A stretch of 64,000 nucleotides of DNA from Yuukianura sp. NJ FZ-2021 (taxonomy: Eukaryota): the NCBI GenBank assembly GCA_046563655.1, contig CM102285.1:4960001-5024000 (forward strand), written 5' to 3'. Below are positions 13,601-23,900 of this stretch, piece by piece. The notes beneath the pieces were generated by a model that was given only the letters and a program-made list of their open reading frames with translations, searched no databases and had not been told where the DNA came from. Positions within the stretch are counted from its first letter, which is position 1. Each line of letters begins with the position of its first letter. The position numbers and the translations under genes were made by a program.

Positions 13601-16501
13601 AAAAAAGACTACACTTCAAGACTTTTGGTTTATGACGCATCTCAGCTCGACATATGAACAAACTTTTGGAACACCCATAAGGTTTCAGTATCCGTATGCA
13701 ATTGAACAATCAAAAAAACAACCACCAAACAATAGATTTAAAAATGAACCTAGCTAGCAACATAAAATCTCATTCATGCAAAAATAGTTCTAGTGTATCA
13801 AATGTATTCCTTACGGTTCTGTAGTCCTTTCTCTCCTTTAAAGTGTTCATTTCTTTCCGCACTGCTTTCAACGTGACGAGCCTTCGCTCTTCAAAATCAA
13901 ACTTCCCTTTCAAGTTGGATTCCTTAAGATAAGCTATCACGGAATCTGCTCCAACGGTGTCACCAAGAGACAAGTTAGCCCTCAGAAGTCGTAAGTATCC
14001 CTGTTGAAGACAAGTAGTGGATCAAATACCGCTTACATTCAGACGTGGGCACCTAGGGTATGTAGGGTATGTACGGAGGGGTCTGGGAGAATTTGACAGG
14101 TCGGAGGGGGTCCGCAAAAATTACAAGATCGGAGGGTTTTGAAGCGACTTTGAATGTCCAAATTCAAAATTTCGCTGCGCCTAACGGCGCAGTTTCATTT
14201 GATTCCGATTGGGCTTCAATTTGCAGGGCGGGAGGCAATTTTCTGATGTCAAATACAAAATTTCTCTGCGCCTAACGGCGCAGTTTTATTTTTCCTCTCT
14301 GGTTTACCTTCAATTTGCGTGGTCAGCAGTGACTTTCGAACGTTCAAATCCAAAATTTCTCTGCGCCTAGCGGCGCAGTTTCAGTTTTATTCCGGTTTAC
14401 CTTCAATTTGCGGAGTCAGAAGCGACTTTTGCAAGTTCAAATCCAAAATTTCTCTGCGCCTAACGGCGCAGTTTTATTTTTCCTCTCTGGTTTACCTTCA
14501 ATTTGCGTGGTCAGCAGTGACTTTCGAACGTTCAAAAATCCAAAAATTCTCTGCGCCTAACGGCGCAGTTTCAGTTTTATTCCGGTTTATCTTCAATTTG
14601 CGGGGTCAGAAACGACTTTTGAATGTCCAAATCCAAAATTTCGCTGCGCCTAACGGCGCAGCGAAATTTTTTACTCCGGTTAATTTGTTGAGTCGGAAAC
14701 AATTCTCGGATGTCAAATCGAAAAATTTCTTTAAAAAAATGAAAAAAAATACATATTGGTCGGAGGGGGGAGAGGGAACCCCCGGTCGGAGGGGGGCTGA
14801 CATGCCCACTGGTGCCCAGGTCTGCTTACATTACTTACATTATTTCGCATTCAAGACATCCCACCAATCCAAGAAATCATTAGATCACTTACATTGGTAA
14901 AAAGAGGATCCATCTGGATCGCAGTCCGCGCATCAGCTTGGGCTAGTTTATATTTCCTGAGCATGATGTAACAGGCAGACCGATTTCCATAGAAGGAAGG
15001 TTCCGGGATTAATTCTAAAATGTCAGTCACTATAGAGGAAAGCACAGGCCATATGCGATTTTGTGAGTAACACTTACCAATGGCTTTTGTATACAATTCC
15101 AGAGCCTTGTGGTAGTCTTTCGCAACAAAATATTGGTTCCCAAGCTCTTTCAGTTCCTCCGCTTGCCTAAGAAAACACCAACAAAAAATTAAACGAATAC
15201 TTTTGTTACTGTTGCTATTATAAATAGTTTGTCAGTTGTGCCATGCGTCGTTGCTTTTACCTTAAACGTGCTGCTCGTAGAAGTTCTGGTGGAGTAACAT
15301 CTTCGATCTCCTCATCTACAGACATCGCATCTGCTTGAATATCTTTGGAAGTGGATTCTGCATCAAGGGAAGCACTGTTGTGCAGCGGTAAAACTTGGTT
15401 ATTACGGAATGGCTGGGATCTGGACGCCATGTTGTTTTCTTCACTAATTCGACGGTGCTGAACACGAATATGAAAAAAATTTTCACCGGAAATGAAAGGA
15501 AGTATTTTTAATTAATTTTTGAAAATCGTTGTTTTCCCATAAGGCGTAATGTTAACAAAAAAATTTTTGAACGTCATTTTTTTCGTTAGGTTGATTAAAT
15601 TAGATTCAGATAGGTTAGGTTAGGTTAGTTTTCGTTAGGTTAGGTTAGGTTAAATCACTATAGGTTATTCTTTCAAAAAATTTTTTTTAACATTACGCGT
15701 TAAGGCAAAACAACGATTTTCAAAAATTAATTAAAAATACTTCCTTTCATTTCCGGTGAAAATTTTTTTCATATTCGTGTTCAGCACCCTCGAATTAGTC
15801 TAGAAAACAAGATGGCGTCCAAATCCCAGCCGTTCCATAATACCCAAATTTTTCCTTGTGCAGCTCGTCCCCGATGGTAACCTAAACGGAAAAATTCAAA
15901 AGAAAAAGATCGGTATAATCGATTGGCGAGGATTGAGACTCCGCTCCGCTCCGCCATATTTACTGGCTAGAATAGGCACCTGAAACCTGAGTGGCAACTT
16001 AAGTAGCCACTTTAACCTCACCAAGCCTAACCTCTCAGTGTACCCACCCATTGCAGCCACTAAAGACGGCTGGAGTGACTAAATTATACGCTAGAGTGCG
16101 AACCAGTTCTACTAACGTAAAATGACAATGGTTAAATGCGTATCAAGCTGAAGGACAGTGCTTACATCTTTGTCCTCTTCAAACAATGGTTCATCGCATA
16201 CATCAACATCAGAGTCCACCGAGTTCTCAGTTTCCAATTTCACATCGTCGTCACTGTCGCTGAGGTAAATAGTCTGGTTCAACTTTGCGGAATCATTTAC
16301 TTCGGGAACATTTTCAGTTGGGATGCCCTCAATTAGAACTGGGTTGGAGGATGATAGGTGGCCAGACAATTTCGGTTGTTCAAGCTTAGTTCGCCTGCTT
16401 CTTAATTTTCTACTGTTCCTGGGTGATGACTCGTAAACTACTTCAGGCTCATCATCGTCCATCATGTCAATGTCAGTGCTCCGAGGCGCTTTAGTGTCCA
16501 T
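10672..16501 (-). CDS. DNAJC7: DnaJ homolog subfamily C member 7 (TPR repeats plus J domain)
   Basis: TPR exons ([41 protein letters not shown]) and J domain [10 protein letters not shown]...HHPDRH...[21 protein letters not shown]. About 11 exons. Exon 2 (15261-15881) is interrupted by a MITE. Confidence 0.92.
12626..13570. mobile_element. Foldback-type non-autonomous element, near-perfect 945-bp palindrome in a DNAJC7 intron
   Basis: GTACTGTCCCTCAGCAGCTATAAACGACC... at 12626 is mirrored by ...GGTCGTTTATAGCTGCTGAGGGACAGTAC ending at 13570. The interior is TTTTCAAAATTTTGAA-type repeats, also inverted about ~13083. TA flanks both ends. Confidence 0.9.
14040..14824. mobile_element. hAT-type MITE with internal ~93-bp tandem repeats, intronic in DNAJC7
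   Basis: TIR CAGACGTGGGCACC / GGTGCCCAGGTCTG; 8-bp TSD CTTACATT at 14032-14039 and 14825-14832; six copies of the palindromic CTGCGCCTA(A/G)CGGCGCAG unit. Confidence 0.88.
15387..15855. mobile_element. Mutator-like MITE inside DNAJC7 coding exon 2
   Basis: Long imperfect TIRs (~185 bp) with GG...CC ends; 9-bp TSD TTGTGCAGC at 15378-15386 and 15856-15864; central TTAGG tracts. Confidence 0.9.
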
Positions 16502-16979
16502 TGTCGCTTATTCTTTGTCGACTTGACTCTAATCCAGTGTTCAGTACTAAATTCTGTGTATTAAGAAATTCAGCGATTTAGATTGAGTAGTACTCCTATG
16601 GATACGACGATAGCCTAAACTTGCTATTTGAAATTCATAAGCGGTTCAAGTTATAAACCTATAATATTGAGCTTAGGAAGCTAAAGCTTACTTACTTGGT
16701 AAAGTGTACACTGTACAGCGGGGAAATCGATGATGAGATGACTGAACAGCAACAAAAAAAATCAATACGTTATCGAACGCTAGTCAGCCAGTGGTGAAGT
16801 TGGAAAACGAAATTAAAATCAACAACACTCAAATTAGTGAGTCAATTTAATAAAATACCTTTACAGCGAACGGGCTGAATGGCAAAACGTGAAGAAGGTC
16901 GAGTCCAAACAAGGCAGACGTTTTATATAAAGAAAAGGATGACGTCTCATGATATAAGTCTAGGGTAGTATAGTAGGTA

Positions 16980-17213
16980 CAGTCAAGTTTCCCACTTAGG
17001 CCATTTGCCAAATACAAAACAAAATACAATTGAACTACACTGGGGTTAGACAATTACATGAGTCTGCGGTCAAATTGTCATTGGCAATTCCCCCATTTGC
17101 CATTTGGCGTTTCATTTTGCCAGTTCACCGCCAATGTACGGGTGCGAGTTTTGTACTTCTCAATTGTATTTTGTTTTGTATTTGGCAAATGGCCTAAGTG
17201 GGAAACTTGACTG
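16980..17213. mobile_element. Tc1/mariner (pogo-like) MITE
   Basis: ~54-bp TIR CAGTCAAGTTTCCCACTTAGGCCATTTGCC... with TA on both sides. Confidence 0.85.
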
Positions 17214-17984
17214 TAGTTAAAAGTAAAGTGTGGTTGTGTGTGAGCAAAATATGAGGTACTGACTATTCCACAGAGATAGCGGAGATTCAGATTAATAGTT
17301 TGCCGTTGCCCGAAGACCATGGGGGGATATTGCTTGAAAAAGTAAATTCGGAGAACTATGTTGGTGTGATATTTGAGCCAAAACTATGGTTGAACATAGC
17401 GATGGAAACCATTTCACATTTATTATTTAGTTGTAACTTAGATAATTTAATCGGCTAAAATACTGTGGAACACATTTTACATGCGGGCTTCTCAGGTTGC
17501 AGGTTGCAGTTATACTAGGTTCACAAATGATCAAATAAAGTGCAAAATGCTTCTACAATTGGGTGGCAAGGAAAATCTGAAGGGCGGTTACAAATGTTGC
17601 CATTCGAGACCACCAGCGGTCACACGCTGAGCCAACAACTTCGTAAAAAGCTTACCTCAACCAAACGGACAAATATTATACTTCTTTTAAATACTTTTTA
17701 TTAAACTAAAAATGGAATTATTTTAAACTTGGATTTGGATTCCATTATCGTGAAATAGATATGATTAAAATACTTATGTTTTGAAACTGAAAGCAAAACT
17801 AGCACTAAACTTCCGGCTTGACGAAAAATTTTTGTTTTTGGAAATTGTGCGTCATTACCGTGTTTACGCAAATTTTACCTTTACCTTTACCATAATTTAC
17901 GAATATTGCATAAGAACATTGAGGTTTTGAGGTAGGCCTTTCTAATCATTGCATATTGTAACTTCGTCTACCTTTCTCTCATCT

Positions 17985-20900
17985 TCAGCAGGACTCTTCC
18001 TTTTCAAATCCCTGTAGAAAAAAAAACGATATTTAAATCTAAAGCAAATCAAACAAAACTAGAAAAACCGTATCATAATTTTTTGGTTACAGGGTTCTCT
18101 AGTCCCGAAACTCTGACTGTTTTCGGGAGACCCACACTTGCTTCGGATCCTATGGAAATACCCGAGATAGGTCTACCGCCACGTCCCGAATCTGTAGAAT
18201 CCGACTCCGTATCATCGTCCGTCGAGTAGTCGCTGCTTTCTTCTTGTACGTCGCTCGGACGTCTCATGCTGAGTCTGGAACGAAGTTCATTCATCGTGTT
18301 CCGTCGTTGAGACTTTTCAATGGGAACGACATGGGAAAGTACTTTTTCCTGGTCTTTCGTAGCTAGAATTTGAGCAGTTCCAAGTTAATCGTAGAAAATT
18401 TGAATAAATAAAAATCTAGTTCTTGCCGTTTTCCTTACGCAATTCGGAAAGCCTGCTCCAATTTTTGTCAAAACGATCATCAAGTGATTCGAAGCCTTGC
18501 ATTGACTTAATAGTCCGACGGTGAAGATTGGCCACCGAGTTTTCTTCGTCGTCCGTCATCTTGTTCTTGTCCTTATTCTTGATGCTTGTCGCTTCTGCAA
18601 CGCAAGAAATAAAAATAAAAACACGAAAATTCATCAAAGCGTTACGTTTTAAAAATTTAAATTTTTGTCAAATTTCTTACCTTCGAAGGACTTGTACTGC
18701 ATAAGAGCATGAACGAGCCCGATTCCACTCTTGGAAACCGAAACGTCTCGTTTGAGCGCTTCCACCGTTTTGGTTGTACATGGAGTTGGACACGGGAAGG
18801 TGAATGGTGTAGAGGCCAATATATGCGACATTGTACCAAATCGATGGAACAACATTGCGATAAACTGAATGATAAGAATGACTGCAAAGAATAGGGATGT
18901 TCACGTTCCGTTTCCAGAAACGGAAACGAAACGGAAACGGCTTCGTTTCCGTTTCCGTTTCCTCGAATTTTGGAAACGAAACGACCGGATCCGTATCCGT
19001 TTCCAACCTCTCCGTTCCGTTTCCGTTTCCGTTTCCTTCTTGGAAACGAAACGGAAACGCTTATTTTCTTTTTGCAGGGTAATTTTAATTTTCAAAGCAA
19101 AAGATTCAGAGACACAAGATTGAGTTGCGCTCAAAAATAAAACTTAGTCACACATCTGACCTTTCTGATCATATTTGCTTTGCGATAAGCGACACTGGAT
19201 GTTATACCTGCCGCAATAACGCAGTGCATTACCCTAAAACGTTGGGTGGAACCGATTTGGGTCGATTTTTGACAACTTCACTGATGTAATAGTGGAAAAT
19301 GTCATTGTACAATAGAGTAACATTTAGCCCAGCTGATTTTCGCTTATTTTTTTACATGCAGAAAAAAATTATCCGTTTCCGTATCCGTTTCCGTTTCCTG
19401 GCGTTTCGTTTCCGTATCCGTTTCCGTTTCCAGAGGGAGACGCCGTTTCGTTTCCGTTTCCTGAAGTCCCGTTTCGTTTCCGTTTCCGTTTCCTCGTGGA
19501 AACGAAACGAAACGGAACGTGAACATCCCTAGCAAAGAATAGCACGAATGTGAATCCGATTGGTTCCAGCGTCAAGTTTTGATCTCCCAACGGCCACGGA
19601 ATGCTCAAACTTTTCTTCTGAAGTTCCAGAAAGAAAATCAAGAGGACGAAAATGGCGTTCAACATGAAGAACGTAAAGACGCATTTGTTTCTGAGCACCA
19701 TCAAACCCTCAGTCATTTCTTTCTATAAAAACATGATCGAAAACTTTAGAAAATTTTTGAAATGAAGGTTTTCGAAAGTCAAAAATGTTGCAAACAGCGT
19801 TTAGCTCACCTCTTTCTTTTTGTTAGATTCAATTGGTTTTAAATACTTTTCAATCAATTCATTCCAAAACTGGACTTCTCTTTCCGGCAAGAAATCTACT
19901 TTACGGCGCATGAGTACTCCATCTGTTATCCAATAGGGATTGACCATGTCATCTCGGATTGCTTGCTCTGTCGCTGCAACATGAACAAGTTCTTGTGTTA
20001 ATTTATAATCGCCAATTTTCGGAAAACTGATTGAAGCATTCTACTCAAGCTTCCTTGACAACCAATCATCTTCTCTTAAGAGGTTGCGTATTACCTCGGT
20101 TGTTTACCCAAAAAATGAAAATAACAAAAAACTGAGTACCAGGAGTACCAGTTCCAAAATAACTTGGTACCAGTAAGAATTCTGATTCTGGAAACCGTTT
20201 CCGTTTGAAATCACGCGTTAAAAATCGTACTTCCAAAATGGTTAACTGTTCTTTTCCTAAGTGTAACGTTTCTCAGTATAGTTTTAAGTCCAGCACAATC
20301 AAATTCAGATTATTTCGAGTTCCAAAGCATCCAGAAACGAGGAAGAAGTGGGAAGAGGCTTGCGGTGTGACATTACGTGATTCTGCACGCATTTGCTCGA
20401 ATCATTTCCCTCAACTAGAAGAACATCACATTTATCTACCGAAGGAATTCATTCCTCAACAACAAACTGCAGGTAGAATTAATTAAAAAAATAATTAAAA
20501 AATTTCAGTATTAAGCAATTAGAAGTTTTTGTTTTTTGTTTAAGGAGTTCCAACTCAGCCAAAGGGTTCTACAAAAGCGTACAAGAAAGATTACAGACAC
20601 CGGTATTTTGCTGTACGAAGGAGACGAAACAAGGAGAATTTGGAATTGAAGAAACGTTATGAATTGAAACTGGAGAAAAAAGATAAATTAATTTTGAGAC
20701 TTAAAATACCTTCTACTGAATTTCTGCAAATGACGGAAGTATGGGATGAATACTTCAGAAGGTATCTAAACCCCAACAAAGTATAGAATAGCTTTAAAAT
20801 TTGGAAATCGTTAAATTAACTCAATTCCCTGTAACTGTTTCCTCAGGTTTCATGGGGATCTCATCAGTTTGAAGCCTGGAGTAATTCAATTACTTAGTAA

Positions 20901-23900
20901 AATCGTCGCAAATGAATTTTCAAACATGGAACCAGAAATTATTCAGAAATTCATTCGTGTACGCACGTTCATCAGGATCAGACACTTGAATTTCAAGCTT
21001 GAAGCTGCAAAATCTAGACACAAGATACTAAAAAAGTCGACTCAGTTCTATTAGTTAATATTATTTCTTACTGGAAGCGAAGCATTTCTAAGCAATAAAA
21101 ATCTAAAAAAAAAAAATTCAAAAATTGGAATTTCTCTATTTAAAATGTTATGACAACGGATTCTTGAAGGCGTGCAAGAAAAGTGAACTTTTTTTCAAAA
21201 TTTAAAAATACTTGAGGTAATACGCAACCTTATAAGGGATTCTTTGTTTACAAACGTTGCATTCTACTATTTTCATTTCTTACACTTTGTGTCTTCATCG
21301 AAGTGAAAACTGATGTGTTTGAGGCCTTTGATTTCTTCATTCTCTTCAACAACATGCATTGAATTCCGAACAGGCGGATTTCGAAAACTTGATAGTCTTT
21401 TCGCTGTTGGACTGGGTATGAGGCCAACTTGTTCCTTCGAACTCAAGGCGTCCAATTTTCTGTCAAAATGGAACCAATAATCTCTTATTATTTTACTTTG
21501 AAATTACTATTTTGAAAGAATTTTTTATGTTACCGATCCAGGGCTTCCAAGCGAAGGCTCACTTGTGCCAAACTGGCAGCCATTTGAGCTGAATCTTTCT
21601 TTTCATGAGTGCAGCACATCAATTTGAACAATCCGGCAAACGAAAATTCAAGTGCTCCCTCCGTGTCATCTTTACCTTCCCGCAGAAAACCAAAAAATCC
21701 GCCTTTAGCCTGTTTTTCTTTCTGTGCCTGGAGTTCCTTCTCCTCTTCCACCAATTCCTGCAACAATCAATTTTGAAATTTGAAACTAAATACGTAATAA
21801 ACTCACGGTAACGAACAAAACACTTTAATTAAGTTGCATCTCTTACCTGCTTAGATTTTACTTTTGGCCCTTCCCTTGTTCCTATGAAAAAATTGAAATT
21901 CCAAAATATTGAAAATTAAACAAAATATTTCTTGCTAAATTACCAAAAAAAATCTTTGAAAATAAAACTAACCCCAGGAGACATTGTTGAGGTTGAATAT
22001 AGAGAAGATGATCAGAAGCAAATACATAGAGGGAATTGTGATGAAGTAGATGAACCCATGCAGTAGACAGCCGATTTCTAGGGGATGCATGATAGCTGAA
22101 ATTATGAAACTGCCGGCAACAACCACGAGAAAAATGGCGGAAGGAGACAGAAGGCCTTCTTCGGCAACGAGCACTGCAATTGCCACCAGAACCGCCACCA
22201 TCACAAGCGCATAGATCACTGACAGAACTTTGGCCATTGACAACTGAGCTTTTGACGTTCCGTAGAAACATACGAATGAAAACAAAGTAACTGGAATCAA
22301 ATTCAGAATCATGCTCAGCCACTTATCCACCCCCAAAACTGAATTTAGCGCGCCAACCAACATCAAGAAAATTGTTCCAGGCCCAAGAACCGTTCCCACC
22401 ATCATGAAGCACTAAAATTGAAAACAAAATATTTTTTAAACAACTTGCAATCATGTTAGAGCATAAACATGGCACATACTTGGTAAGCAATGTATCCATA
22501 CGAAATGTCTGGGTTGACGGCGACTGTTCTCTTAAAATCCGTCAGGACGTCCAAGATGTTGGCAGTGGTTGACGGAACCCAACGCCTGCGCTGATTGTAA
22601 AATTCGTCGAAATCTTCAGGGGCATGCGTAAAGGCGTCACTTGCTGCCGAGTAGTCCACTCGATACCCTTGTTGAAGAATGAGTGTGCAGAGCCATCTAT
22701 CTTCTCCTTGGTCATACTGAACGTAATGTCGTGGTTCCGTTGACACAGTTGTATACTTTGCCATCACATTGTCTGACATCAAAGCTTTCCCTCGGAAAAG
22801 CGAAAAACACCCGGGAGAACATAACACACAACCAAGCACCTGAAATTTAAAAAAATCAGTTTCGAATTTCTAAAATCAGTTTGGGAATAAAAATAAATAT
22901 CCGTATATTTATATATTACGTGCTCAGTTGCTTTTTGCAGCCAATGACCAATGGCATACTCAAATTTCTGATACCACAACATGAGTCCACCTCCACCGGT
23001 TGGGTGAATTCTGCCGCAAGCTGCTCCAAGTTTCGGATTTTTCTTCATCAGGTCAATGAGTCGCTCAACAGCGATTGGTTGAAAGTCGACATCTCCATCA
23101 AGTGCCAAAATAAATGTGTTCCGTGCCCGAATTTCTTTTCGTTCGTCAGCAATTGGCAAATCCATGAGTCGATATCCCAGCAAGTAGTACATGTACATGC
23201 ACTGACTCCATCTTTTCTTATGCCGAATTTTGCTTTTGTCTTTAAGGTGCAGAATCATTTTAGTTTTGCCAGGTAGAGTCCATTCCAGACGACCGCCATA
23301 TGGAGTTGGAATCTTCAGAGGCGGTCGAATGTGAATCGGAACTTGGTGTACTTGTGCTGCAGCCTCATCCACAACTCCAATAAACGTTTTCACAAAATTG
23401 TTCAAAATTTGAGGAGAGTGGTAGTCCTCCGGGTCACTGTAAATACAACAACTAGGTTCAACAGGTTCAAAAAGTTTGCATCCCAAGTTTCTCAAATCAC
23501 CTGAGCTGGAAAGCGTCGTCAAACAAAATGTGTGTTTCATATTCATAGTAGTTTTCAGTAATTTGAAAATGCTGCGCAGCAATCCGACGCACTCCTTGAT
23601 CTTCGTCCATTCTCAGAATACTTTTCATGATTTCCAGCATTTCTTCCTGTAACACCAAAATTTATATCTTAATGAATAGTTGTTAAAAACTATTTGTGTA
23701 ACACTTGATCTAAAGATCTTATAAAACGCAGAAATGTAATGTTTTGGTTAACCTCAGTTTCATGCCACATTGTTGCACACGCGTAGATCCTGGGAATGTC
23801 GTCTATTTCTGTCATGTTCTCATAGCTTTTGCTTCCGTCAGTTTTGTGACCTTTACTTTCAGAGTACTTTTTTCCGCGAATCCTATTGAGAGTCATTGAT

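Noticed and set aside
14170..14665. CRISPR-like regularly spaced palindromic repeats
   Set aside because: The spacers are homologous to each other, the context is eukaryotic with no cas genes, and the array lies inside a hAT MITE.
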